64,000 nt of DNA from a virus (Duplodnaviria; Caudoviricetes): IMG/VR virus record IMGVR_UViG_3300027847_001698; one strand, 5' to 3'. Of this stretch, positions 29,473 to 39,712 are shown piece by piece. Positions within the stretch are counted from its first letter, which is position 1. Each line of letters opens with the position of its first letter. Made by a program: the position numbers and the translations under genes. Below the pieces are notes generated by a model. The model worked only from the letters and a program-made list of their open reading frames with translations, was not told the origin of the DNA and did no database searches.

Positions 29473-30621
29473 ATGCCTAACATATCCTACATTCGAAAAT
29501 TAGATGCACCTAACAACACTTCTAAGGACGATATAATTGCTATACTTGATGCAGCTAAACTTCATAGATTAATTTTAAAGAAAGTAGCTAATGAGCTTCA
29601 ATTCTTGATTCAGGAATGCTACTATCCACGTGTTGCGGATATACACAAAGAACTTCTACATGTAACTAAATCTAATGAAGCTGATCTATTAGCATATTCT
29701 AAAGCTAAATACAGAAATCCAAAATGGAAGAAAGTAGATCCTAAACTTCTGCATGATGCTCAAACTGTTTTACTTGTATTAATTTGTCAAGACTTTACAA
29801 TCAAAAAAGATTCCGCCGCTGGTCTAGCTACATTAAATCTTTTAGCATTAAGATTCTATACTAATACAATGTATAAGTTTATAAAATACTGTAACCCAGA
29901 TTATTTTAGAGCAGCCATTAGTAGGTTATCACATAATCATTTATTTACGACCAAAAAAACAATTGGGGAAGCCGTATTATATTTATCGGGTCAAGTCTAT
30001 AAGAAGTTCCAAAAGGGTCTATCTAATGATGATCCTGTAGAAATTATTGATATGATATATGTACTACGTGGAAGAATTAACCAATCAGTTAGGAGCTTCG
30101 CTAATAAGTATTATGACATTGCGAAAGATGGCGGAGCATCAAGATTAACAAAAGAAGATCTTCCAGAAGAACAAACCACAGATAAAAAATTAAGAATAGA
30201 AGCTGGAAGAATTGCTAAAGAAATTACTATCTATAGAGCCGTAGATACTAGTGCCATTAAATTATCTCAGCAAATTACCAAATTTAATAGACGGTTAGCT
30301 AAAGAATATTCAAATACTTTAACTAATACTAAATACACGGAGAATCTAGAATTACTAATATTCTTGTTATTACGAGAAACTCCTAGTGTACATATGCCAC
30401 AAAATGACTATGCAAAAATAGTCAAAAAACTAATGGCAATAAAGAAAAGTACAAAACCTGTGTACTTTAAAAAGGTCCTAATTCAAGTACATAATCAACT
30501 TAACCAAGATTTAGGTTATGTTGAAAAATTCGATAAACTCTCTTCTCAATCGAAGCATATTTCAAGGAGCTATTTAGCATATTATATTGCTATGCTTGTT
30601 TATAATCATTTCAGCAATTAA
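29473..30621 (+). CDS. Hypothetical basic helical protein
   Basis: 382-aa ORF; no motif recognised. Confidence 0.65.
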   Translation: MPNISYIRKLDAPNNTSKDDIIAILDAAKLHRLILKKVANELQFLIQECYYPRVADIHKELLHVTKSNEADLLAYSKAKYRNPKWKKVDPKLLHDAQTVLLVLICQDFTIKKDSAAGLATLNLLALRFYTNTMYKFIKYCNPDYFRAAISRLSHNHLFTTKKTIGEAVLYLSGQVYKKFQKGLSNDDPVEIIDMIYVLRGRINQSVRSFANKYYDIAKDGGASRLTKEDLPEEQTTDKKLRIEAGRIAKEITIYRAVDTSAIKLSQQITKFNRRLAKEYSNTLTNTKYTENLELLIFLLLRETPSVHMPQNDYAKIVKKLMAIKKSTKPVYFKKVLIQVHNQLNQDLGYVEKFDKLSSQSKHISRSYLAYYIAMLVYNHFSN

Positions 30622-31925
30622 GTAGTATTAAACAAGCCAGGATTTGAATTAACAAGCCCATTACCTCGGGCAATTTGTGCCGGCGTCACTCTGGCAGATG
30701 TATCATTTCTAGTACCAGTACTACTTACTCTGGATATTGAGCTCGGTTTAGTAGCCAACACAATACTAGCCTCATCATCAAGAGCAGAATCAATGTGGAA
30801 TTGTTTATCAGGATAATCATCCCCACCATAATTTATCCAATGAGGAGGACTCTCTTGTGCACCGTCTGACCACCCCTTACATGCCCCAAATTCATTTAAG
30901 TAATCTAATACCGTAGGGGTATCTGTTTTTATACCATGTGCAGCTTTAGTAACATTAACCATCGTGTCATATAAACTACCAATTTCAACTGTAACATCTA
31001 CAATACCGGGACGTTGATTATATGCAATATGATTATCGTCTCCACCCTTTGTAACTGTTACAGTTTTTATGTACGCTGCCTTCAAATTAAATAATCCAGC
31101 GATTCTGGCACCACACAACCAAGGCCAGAAGAATGTATGCCCATCAACACTCCTTGGTGTAACGAACATCATAAGGGTAGCTAATGGGGCAGTTATATAT
31201 TTGTGTGTCATATCGCTATCGTTAGGATACGGATTATATAATCTGATCTGTGCTCTATATGATGGAGACCACCCTGAAGATTTCCAAATATGGGGAAAGT
31301 CTAATTTATGACCCATAAGTACCCCTGACACAGCATTACCAATTGTTTTGGCTTGACCCGAAACTCCACTATTTTTTAATCTTGAATCTAAAGACTCTCC
31401 CCATCCTGTTAAAGTTCCTGACAGGGCATCTGGTAATAGTTCTGAAAGTGTCTTCAATCCTTGTCCTGCTGTTTCTGTTCCTGTTGCAAATGTAAACTCT
31501 CTAACTGCTTTAGATGCAGCATCTGTACTACTAGCAAACATACTTTCTTCATAATCATTACTATATGATTCAGTAGGAGGATTGTTATTTAATGTTGCAT
31601 ATTTAAGTGTATTCTGTGATGTTCCATTGCCTTTCAATATTATGTTATATGTATCTTTAAGATGCTGTCTAAATGAAGGTTTAACATCTGTTCCACCATC
31701 CATTGCAGCAGTAAGTCTGTAAAATTCTGATCCAGAATGTGATAATCTAGGAGTTTTTGGACTAAGTTCTAATATAGGAAGAGTGTCTATAATCGCATCA
31801 TCAGGAGTTGGTCCTTTGGCATCCATACCCATTATTCTTCCGTCTAAAGGCGGGAGACCTAATGGTATATTATTATTAAGAATAATCTCTTTTGCACCGA
31901 GTCCTGATTCTGTTATTGACGCCAT
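30618..31925 (-). CDS. Probable tail tube initiator/baseplate protein
   Basis: Follows the tape measure gene; tube-fold-like C-terminal strands (YIKTVTVTKGG...PGIVDVTVEIGSL). Confidence 0.5.
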   Translation of the reverse strand: MASITESGLGAKEIILNNNIPLGLPPLDGRIMGMDAKGPTPDDAIIDTLPILELSPKTPRLSHSGSEFYRLTAAMDGGTDVKPSFRQHLKDTYNIILKGNGTSQNTLKYATLNNNPPTESYSNDYEESMFASSTDAASKAVREFTFATGTETAGQGLKTLSELLPDALSGTLTGWGESLDSRLKNSGVSGQAKTIGNAVSGVLMGHKLDFPHIWKSSGWSPSYRAQIRLYNPYPNDSDMTHKYITAPLATLMMFVTPRSVDGHTFFWPWLCGARIAGLFNLKAAYIKTVTVTKGGDDNHIAYNQRPGIVDVTVEIGSLYDTMVNVTKAAHGIKTDTPTVLDYLNEFGACKGWSDGAQESPPHWINYGGDDYPDKQFHIDSALDDEASIVLATKPSSISRVSSTGTRNDTSARVTPAQIARGNGLVNSNPGLFNTT

Positions 31926-34900
31926 TATCTTACTCCTGTTCCATTAACTACACCAGACATATTAACATCCAAATCTCCATCTGTAGGAGCTGAAGTAGTA
32001 CTAGAATTAGATGTATTGGTATTATTAATAATTGTTTGACCCACGTTAGTTAACTGTGCAACGGTTGCAGTCTGCATTTGATGCATTTGATTCATAATTT
32101 TCCTCTGGTTAGCTGATTGTCCTCTTATTGCCATCATCTCATCTTGAGCTTTAGCATTAATAATTTCACCATGATTAACACGTAATCTATTAGCTGCTCC
32201 TTCTCGCAGATTATCATACTTAGAATCTTTAAATGCATTCTCCCCTCTGGCAACCATTTTTAATTGACGATAATTAAGACCATTAAGAAGCCTTCCCCCT
32301 AACGCCTTATCCTTACCAGTACCAGTATATTGGGCTATAGCTAAGTTTGTACTGTGTTTCTTTCTATCAGTCTCTACTGCATCAATTGAAGCTAAAAGAC
32401 CTTTCCCGCCAGGAGCTAAGGATATAGCTTTTCTAAGTAAAGGATTATCCTTTATTATGGATGACATTGCAGATTTAATACCAGTGATTATAAGATTATA
32501 TAAACTCGATACAGTAGAGGCTATCTTCTTTGCAAAAAATATGGATGTCTCAGCTACTATATCTTTTATTGCAACTGCTGCTTCACCAATAGCTATAATT
32601 GGAGATAATATCATAGGAATAATCCTGTCCCTATTCTCGTATAATGCTTCTCCTAAAGAGTAAAATACATTCACAAATAATTTAGGCAGATGCCAGAAAA
32701 TAAGTTTAGATATATGCCATACCATCTTACCCACTATCTTACCCAGGAACGCTTGTGTTTTAATATACTTAATAGTTATGTCAAATATTATTTCTGCTAT
32801 CTTCCAGTAGTTTCCACCAGAGGAAAAGAAAGTAACTACTCCAGAAACAAACTTTTTCATTATACCAATTATGTTAGGGATTACTATATCTGGAAGATCC
32901 TTTTGAAGGAAATCAAGTATTCTAGGGACTATAGCTTTAATAGAAGCAGTAACTCGTTTTTGACTTTCAGCAGGATTCATTAAAAAGGAAACGATATTAG
33001 ATATAGAATCTCCTAGAAATCCAAGAATCTTTAAATTCATCTCACCCATAAAGTTTAAATACTTAGCTATCGGTTTACCCAAACCGGGTAATTGAAAATT
33101 AACACCCAGTCTTTCCAGTATGAAATTTACAGGCCATTGTATTATTCTCCATAACCCATCAAGTACTCCACCAACTAATGATGAAAATTTCATTAATAAC
33201 GTTGGCTTAAGTGTATCAAACCATGTTCCGGCTTTAGTCCACCCAATGATTCCATCGATGACCGTAGTAATAATCAACAAGGGAAGGAATATTTTGGAAG
33301 CTAGTCCCGCTATAGGTGCCAGAAGCTTAACTGCTCCAACTCCTCCTAAAATGCCAGTAACTCCAACAAGTGCACCAGCACCCTTTACTCCTTTTGCTCC
33401 TCCCAATAATTTTGATAGTGCAGACATTGGCCCTTTACCTAATAATTTTAAACCTACTCGTTTTGCAGACTGAAACATCCCACCTTTAAAGAATTTTCCT
33501 TTTTCTGCTGCTTCTCCTACTCCTGTGAGAGCTCCACTAGCTTTTGATACTGCTCCTCCTTTTGTTATTGTTTTTAACCCGAGTAGCGAAGCAATGCCTG
33601 AAAAAGCACCACCAAATACTCCAGTGATAGCAGCACCAATAGAACCAACCACAGATGCCATTATCACCCAAAGATTATTTAACAATGCATTAAACTTATT
33701 CTTTCTAAGCCATTCCCAGTGTTTTCCTTGATGCATTGATGTCTTACGATCAGTTATTACAGTGTGATCATATAACCGTTTAGTATATTCAGCAGCTTGT
33801 TGTGTATCTGTTGCATTTTTCTTCCATCGTCTCTGTGCATTATCACCACTAGGACTTATCATTTCTCCAGGTTGAACATGTACCATCCCTTGTTTCGTAA
33901 CATTCAATGGCACCATAGATCCCATTGCGGCCTTAGGTGCTCTACCTAGCATACTATTTAGTCTGCCTTTAGCCCTACTAAATAATCCACCACCTGCTTT
34001 CTGTTCACCCGTATCAGATGACATCAAATCTAAAAAATCACCAGATGCTGAAAATCTCTTGAATCTATCCCATAATTTATCTGGTCCGTCAATTAATCCT
34101 CTGCCTTTTGGAGTTATTGCTCCGCCACCCGTATTTTGAATAATTCTATTCAACTGATCTTGCATCACCTCAAATCCATAAGACAATTGTCCAAATATAG
34201 ACATAGCAGATACAGCTATTGTATCTATTGCAGTTCTTCTAATTACCCGTCTAGAATATTTTTGAGCAGGACCACTTAATACTGTATAATTAGCAGTGAA
34301 AGATACGAAATCTGTAAACATTTTAAATCCCTTCCACACAGATTTAAGAGGACCAGATTTAACAAATGAATCAACCACGTTATCAGCCATACTAAGCATA
34401 GTAGCACCCAAGATACCAACATTATCTGCCATCAGTTGTACGTTAGGTGAAGTTTTTGCTATATTAGAAGATATAATATGAAGATAATCTAACTGTAATT
34501 GTAATGCTTTAGATGGTATAATAGCTTCCCCTTCATGGACAATCGCTTGTCCTGACTTTGTTACAAACCCACCCTTTCTAGCTTTAGGTAAATTTTTCTT
34601 TTTAAGTTCACCTTTAGTAAGGGTATTTACTGCTATTAACCATTGTGCATTACTAATTCTTAATCTGTCAATTGCTTCAATTTCATCTGAAGAACCATAC
34701 ATTCTACTATAGGATGTATTATGTATTCTCTTTTTAGATCTCGTTTTAGATTTTTCGGTTTTATCTACAAATCTACCTTTATCATCTCTAGTTTGATTAG
34801 ACATATGCCCTTTAGATATTACCGATAATTTTTCTTTAGGGCCACCATCAATCATATTTTTTTGAGATTTCTCTCTATTGAGCTTGTTTTTAACTGCACC

Positions 34901-35191
34901 TGCTAAATCTTTAGTTCCTTGATACATTCCTCGTACAGCAGAAGAAAGAGTACCTTTATTTTTTTCTATAATACTTTTAGCTAACTGGCCAACAAATGGA
35001 TTAATTGCAGTAGCAACCGTTATTCCAGCAGCTTGTGTTCCACTAAAACCTACTTGGTCTTTTATAGCACTAGCTGCCGCAGTGATAGGACGGGAAGCTG
35101 CTCTTATAGTTGTAGTTGAAAGATTCTTAATACTGTCAGATAAAGAGGATACCTGAGAGCTAAGATCTCTCATTTGATAATCTTCTGCCAT
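31925..35191 (-). CDS. Tail tape measure protein
   Basis: 1088 aa, G/A-rich amphipathic segments, two GG.V...G...H.GE.I.P-type motifs. Confidence 0.8.
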   Translation of the reverse strand: MAEDYQMRDLSSQVSSLSDSIKNLSTTTIRAASRPITAAASAIKDQVGFSGTQAAGITVATAINPFVGQLAKSIIEKNKGTLSSAVRGMYQGTKDLAGAVKNKLNREKSQKNMIDGGPKEKLSVISKGHMSNQTRDDKGRFVDKTEKSKTRSKKRIHNTSYSRMYGSSDEIEAIDRLRISNAQWLIAVNTLTKGELKKKNLPKARKGGFVTKSGQAIVHEGEAIIPSKALQLQLDYLHIISSNIAKTSPNVQLMADNVGILGATMLSMADNVVDSFVKSGPLKSVWKGFKMFTDFVSFTANYTVLSGPAQKYSRRVIRRTAIDTIAVSAMSIFGQLSYGFEVMQDQLNRIIQNTGGGAITPKGRGLIDGPDKLWDRFKRFSASGDFLDLMSSDTGEQKAGGGLFSRAKGRLNSMLGRAPKAAMGSMVPLNVTKQGMVHVQPGEMISPSGDNAQRRWKKNATDTQQAAEYTKRLYDHTVITDRKTSMHQGKHWEWLRKNKFNALLNNLWVIMASVVGSIGAAITGVFGGAFSGIASLLGLKTITKGGAVSKASGALTGVGEAAEKGKFFKGGMFQSAKRVGLKLLGKGPMSALSKLLGGAKGVKGAGALVGVTGILGGVGAVKLLAPIAGLASKIFLPLLIITTVIDGIIGWTKAGTWFDTLKPTLLMKFSSLVGGVLDGLWRIIQWPVNFILERLGVNFQLPGLGKPIAKYLNFMGEMNLKILGFLGDSISNIVSFLMNPAESQKRVTASIKAIVPRILDFLQKDLPDIVIPNIIGIMKKFVSGVVTFFSSGGNYWKIAEIIFDITIKYIKTQAFLGKIVGKMVWHISKLIFWHLPKLFVNVFYSLGEALYENRDRIIPMILSPIIAIGEAAVAIKDIVAETSIFFAKKIASTVSSLYNLIITGIKSAMSSIIKDNPLLRKAISLAPGGKGLLASIDAVETDRKKHSTNLAIAQYTGTGKDKALGGRLLNGLNYRQLKMVARGENAFKDSKYDNLREGAANRLRVNHGEIINAKAQDEMMAIRGQSANQRKIMNQMHQMQTATVAQLTNVGQTIINNTNTSNSSTTSAPTDGDLDVNMSGVVNGTGVR

Positions 35192-35198
35192 TAAAATC

Positions 35199-36074
35199 CT
35201 AAGTTAATAAATTTATTACCTTGTAATGTAAAGAATTGGGCTTATCACATGCTATAGCTGCTATTTCACTAGGCCACATTAATTCCTGTGCCGCAGTTGT
35301 ATCTGGGTCAACTATTCCGATTTCTTTGTATGCATCTATTAATGCATAATACAAATTATTCATCTGTTTGTTATTATTTATTGTCGCAACAAACACAGCA
35401 TTGTTTTTCATATAAAGACCAAACGCCGATGCCAAATCCATTGCAATTTCTTCTGCTCGTTTTTTCCCAAACACACTAAGTTCTTTTTTTATAAACTCAT
35501 AGTACACCTTTAAGTTGACTTTATACTGTTTAGTATTTTCAAAGTTTGATATTAGAAATTTTGCTATTCGTTTTGCTGAATTTGATTCAATTTGTATTCC
35601 CGCATAAATCTCGAAAAATTTGCTATAGTATGATGCAAACATATCTTTAAAAATATTAAAAAACTTGTTTTGATCTTGTCTACATGCATAATGCATTACT
35701 TCATGTAAAAGTATTTGAGATACATTTTTATCTGATACCCATGAAAATAAATTTACATTATTGTCCATTAAAATATATATTTTATGACTCTCAGGATGAT
35801 ATATCCCCATCAAAGTCTTTTTAAATCCATTAGCAAATTTTTTATGTAAAAGAAGCTTAATAATATTCTTCGACATAAAGCCTGGTACTATGACATCATC
35901 ATTTATTAGATTCGAAATAGGTCCTCTGACTGGAGATATTAATTTATTCTTAGACACTATATCAATAAAACTAGATTTTAATTTCTCCGAGGAATAGACC
36001 GAATAATCATGTAATTTTACAATCTCTTTAACAGAGAAAGGAATAATTCCTAATTTCTCTTGTAAATCGGTCAT
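35199..36074 (-). CDS. HExxH zinc metallopeptidase-like protein
   Basis: GIYHPESHKIYI...ILLHEVMHY, downstream SEIAA (third-ligand Glu candidate). Confidence 0.65.
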   Translation of the reverse strand: MTDLQEKLGIIPFSVKEIVKLHDYSVYSSEKLKSSFIDIVSKNKLISPVRGPISNLINDDVIVPGFMSKNIIKLLLHKKFANGFKKTLMGIYHPESHKIYILMDNNVNLFSWVSDKNVSQILLHEVMHYACRQDQNKFFNIFKDMFASYYSKFFEIYAGIQIESNSAKRIAKFLISNFENTKQYKVNLKVYYEFIKKELSVFGKKRAEEIAMDLASAFGLYMKNNAVFVATINNNKQMNNLYYALIDAYKEIGIVDPDTTAAQELMWPSEIAAIACDKPNSLHYKVINLLT

Positions 36075-36093
36075 CTACTAAGCCTCTTTGTAT

Positions 36094-36101
36094 TTTGTTC
36101 T
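36094..36101 (-). promoter_or_regulatory. Motif class B (AGAACAAA on minus strand)
   Basis: TTTGTTCT in the gap, 19 nt upstream of start 36074. Confidence 0.5.
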
Positions 36102-36122
36102 AGGATCTTATACTTAACAAAG

Positions 36123-37844
36123 TTAATGTACAATATCGTCTGAATCATTTATATTAAATCCTAATATTTTAGTTACATCTACCATAGGAGAATCTTTACT
36201 TACTTCATGTAAATTCTCTTTGATATGTTTAAGAATTTTATTACTTACGTCATGTTGGGTCATTTTCTCTCTATACTTCATATCATTAATATCAGAACTA
36301 TAACTACCTTCCGAGAATCCCATATCTAATACTCCCATCATATCATCAACTACAGCTTCAGATGTAACAGACGATATACTCATGGGTGGATCATACATTC
36401 TAACATATGCACCAAATCCTAATGATATAGCCATATCGTCATTCATTCCCCTAGAGGCTTCAACTCTATTAATTCGACCACCTGTATTTTCTTCTAGTCC
36501 TATAAGCTCCAATGCTAACTTCCTAGATTTAATAAGATTAGTATTTTCAGATACATATGTGTATAACGAATCAAAGATCAAAGGTCTAGTTTGTGCATTC
36601 GTTGATAATCCATATTTGTATGTTGGTCGTTTATTCTTGGCGGTGTTCTTTATTTTATGCTGATATAAATTATGGTCGATTGAACTTCGAGTTAAAAATT
36701 CTATAACTTGATTACCATATGAGTTTTCCTCTACAATAGTTAAATTCCGTGGGAAAATCTTACACACTGACTCCACTACCTTACAAAAATCATCAACCCG
36801 TAGCTTACCTACATACTCCGCAACCTGTTCAAATGTAACATAATCTATAATTTCAATTGCTGAATAATCAGTACCAGATGCAGATGCCACATCAACACAT
36901 ATCATATAATATGAATCTTTATTTGGCTGTTTCCATATCTGCAAATCGTGACTCTCAAATGTCAACTTGGCTATAGGGGGAGTATCAACATCATTAAGTT
37001 TCTCGATAATTTCACCAGGGAAAAATGAATTTATTGAAGCTAAGAATTTCATTTCTAGCTCTTGTTGAATCTTTGCACGATCATTATGTAAGATAGCACA
37101 CTGCCTAGGATACCAAGTAGGATCTTCTCTGAATTCTTTAACCTGCTTCCAATGAATCTTTTTAGCTTTATAGATAGAATTAGGATTAGTCTCAGCTTCT
37201 ACCCAACGCTCATAATACCATTTACCAATACCTACAGTTTTATTAGGAGTACTAATTACTATTGTCCCATAAGGAACTCCCTTTGCTTCGGCTGCACTTT
37301 GGGCCTTAACAAGAGTTGGTCCAAATCCCGAGAATGCTTCATCTATATAATCAATGAATGCAGCTTCATCCACAACAACAATCGTACATGCCTTTCCTCT
37401 AAATAAGTTTTCAGGTTTCTTTGCATTTACCTGTGATGCATGAAATTTACATCCATTATCTAATATGAATGTTTGCTCTGCTTCTTTAACAAATTTAGGT
37501 CTGATCCAATCTGGTAAATTCCTGATCATTGCCATGACCTTTCTGCAAAAGTCAGTAGACTCAGGACCATCTCTACTAACAACACCAACAACAACGTTTT
37601 TATTGAATATCAATGCCCATACAATAAATGCTTGAACTATTGTTGAAATTCCAATCTGTCTTGACTTTAAAGTTATAACATGATGATCATTTACAATAGT
37701 ACGCAAGAAATCTTTTTGTGGATCGTACAACTTAAATAGAATGTTTCCGCCTACTTCTTCTAGCTCTATAAAATGCTCTATAAAATAGACAGAATCTTCT
37801 TTAGCTTTATAGTATATCTCTAATCGTTCTGTTGTTGTTTCCAT
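36123..37844 (-). CDS. terL: Terminase large subunit (T4 gp17-like)
   Basis: LKSRQIGIS Walker A, VVVDEAAF Walker B, ISTPN, RNase H-like CVDVASASGTDYS and DDMAIS. Confidence 0.96.
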   Translation of the reverse strand: METTTERLEIYYKAKEDSVYFIEHFIELEEVGGNILFKLYDPQKDFLRTIVNDHHVITLKSRQIGISTIVQAFIVWALIFNKNVVVGVVSRDGPESTDFCRKVMAMIRNLPDWIRPKFVKEAEQTFILDNGCKFHASQVNAKKPENLFRGKACTIVVVDEAAFIDYIDEAFSGFGPTLVKAQSAAEAKGVPYGTIVISTPNKTVGIGKWYYERWVEAETNPNSIYKAKKIHWKQVKEFREDPTWYPRQCAILHNDRAKIQQELEMKFLASINSFFPGEIIEKLNDVDTPPIAKLTFESHDLQIWKQPNKDSYYMICVDVASASGTDYSAIEIIDYVTFEQVAEYVGKLRVDDFCKVVESVCKIFPRNLTIVEENSYGNQVIEFLTRSSIDHNLYQHKIKNTAKNKRPTYKYGLSTNAQTRPLIFDSLYTYVSENTNLIKSRKLALELIGLEENTGGRINRVEASRGMNDDMAISLGFGAYVRMYDPPMSISSVTSEAVVDDMMGVLDMGFSEGSYSSDINDMKYREKMTQHDVSNKILKHIKENLHEVSKDSPMVDVTKILGFNINDSDDIVH

Positions 37845-37850
37845 AAATAT

Positions 37851-39182
37851 TTAAACTATATTTTGAGTTGATCCAGAAAATTTATTTTCTATAATTGGAT
37901 TCTCAAAATAACTAGGAGAAGTTCTGAATAATGTCAAGTGGCACACTGAATCCCAGTTATCAGATGTTTCCCTACTAAGAATAAAATCACTAGAATTCAA
38001 AATATACTTTCCTCTATATGATTGATATTCAAATATCGTTGGTACAAAATCTACTGGATTTCCTATTTTAACAATAGGTATCATCCTGATATTTCTTCTT
38101 ATTGTAATCCCCATCCCCAACATACTTCTGATATCATTGGAGACGGCTGTCGTTGCCAATGCTGAATTACTCACACCACCAATATTATGAGTATACCGTT
38201 TTCGGATTCTTACATTAGGATGCATCTTTGCCCCTGAAGATCCTTCAAACACACCTTTGGTTGTTGCAATATTTCCAATAGTCTCAGAAAAATGTTGATA
38301 TAAATCATTTGGGGGATGTGTTGTAAATACTCTATTAAATCCATTTTCTACAATAGAACTATTTCCAAAATATAAAGTTTTAATAGGATCTCTAGTGTAA
38401 TATGTACCACTATTATGATGTACATCATCCATTATTTTAGAGAATAGAGTCTTATCTCGTCTTGCAGTGTTCATCTGGAATATTCTACATACGGGAATAT
38501 CTTTTATTTTCTCATTTAAATTCCACATATGAATCTTCCCATCAAATCCACAAAATCTAAACATCGGCCCATTATATAAAGAAAATGCATTATCTATAAA
38601 TGAAATCAGTTGTGTTACTGTCATTGGTGGGCATATAAACTGAGGAATCAACTCTAAATTCTTCCCCCTATTATCTATATCTAATCTATCTCCTAATCCT
38701 AAATCTGTTATTATCTTAGCCACTGTATCTACAGGACATAGACTAGGATCTTCTTCTTCTGTAATATAATTTACAAAAGAACACATTGTATTAAATGAAG
38801 GAAGTGGAATTGCAGTAAATGTTACTGGACCTCTATCACCCATTGTATCTGGTGTTTCTGTTTCATTCATTTCAGGTCTAAGGAATAGATGAGTATCAGC
38901 TTTTAAATACAACAATTTGTACTGTACCAACTCCACTGGCATATTATCTTCTTGCATTAAGTAGATTCTCAAATGCATTGTTTCTTGACCATAAATGTCA
39001 TTTAAGATTATATCATTTGAACTAATGTTCAAACTTATACTAAATTTCGGCCACACTGAATTCGCAGTATGTATCATACGAACCCGGGTCAAGAATTTAG
39101 ATATGTCTACATTTCCTATGTATAATTCTACACTAAAATTCTTACCAAGTCTATTTACCTTTGAAATATCAATAGCTGGCAT
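37851..39182 (-). CDS. Probable baseplate hub/tail protein
   Basis: 443 aa beta-rich; ends RGKYILNSSDFIL...CHLTLFR, like hub-type C-termini. Confidence 0.5.
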   Translation of the reverse strand: MPAIDISKVNRLGKNFSVELYIGNVDISKFLTRVRMIHTANSVWPKFSISLNISSNDIILNDIYGQETMHLRIYLMQEDNMPVELVQYKLLYLKADTHLFLRPEMNETETPDTMGDRGPVTFTAIPLPSFNTMCSFVNYITEEEDPSLCPVDTVAKIITDLGLGDRLDIDNRGKNLELIPQFICPPMTVTQLISFIDNAFSLYNGPMFRFCGFDGKIHMWNLNEKIKDIPVCRIFQMNTARRDKTLFSKIMDDVHHNSGTYYTRDPIKTLYFGNSSIVENGFNRVFTTHPPNDLYQHFSETIGNIATTKGVFEGSSGAKMHPNVRIRKRYTHNIGGVSNSALATTAVSNDIRSMLGMGITIRRNIRMIPIVKIGNPVDFVPTIFEYQSYRGKYILNSSDFILSRETSDNWDSVCHLTLFRTSPSYFENPIIENKFSGSTQNIV

Positions 39183-39202
39183 TTAAATTCCTACAAAAAA
39201 AA

Positions 39203-39457
39203 TTACTTGGATGTTTTTATCCAAAACGACTCAATATTGCTATATATTTGTTTGGCAAAATCTTCCCTTGATTCCAAAGGAAGACTTTTCCAAACTTGAT
39301 TTACCTTAGTTTGAATAGCCTGACTCCATGTTATAAGTCTAGGATCATTTGCTCTATCATTTTCTAACTTTGATTCTTTTGCTAGTGGACATTCCCCGTC
39401 TGCTACTGGGGGATGAATATATCCACATTCAGGACAATTTCCATTATCAGTGGTCAT
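39203..39457 (-). CDS. Small zinc-binding protein
   Basis: CPECGYIHPP...ECP. Confidence 0.6.
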   Translation of the reverse strand: MTTDNGNCPECGYIHPPVADGECPLAKESKLENDRANDPRLITWSQAIQTKVNQVWKSLPLESREDFAKQIYSNIESFWIKTSK

Positions 39458-39618
39458 TTTCGTTTACCTTTTTGTTCCTGCTTATATTTATCTGCAAGAA
39501 CCCATTTTACCAATTTTTTCTGATCACTTATTATTCGAACACTCTCTTTGTAACTTTGACATTGAAATCTAATTATTTCTAAATCTCTCCAATTATCTTG
39601 AAGATTTTCAACTGTCAT
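39454..39618 (-). CDS. Small hypothetical protein (54 aa; absent from ORF track)
   Basis: MTVENLQDNWRDLEIIRFQC...KGKRK; its TGA overlaps ATG 39457. Confidence 0.4.
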   Translation of the reverse strand: MTVENLQDNWRDLEIIRFQCQSYKESVRIISDQKKLVKWVLADKYKQEQKGKRK

Positions 39619-39712
39619 ATTTTGAAATACAGCCTCAATCCAAAATATATTCCATTTCAGATTTTAACATACCAATGGGAGGTCGTTAGTAGTTATATTT
39701 ACAATTTGTTCC

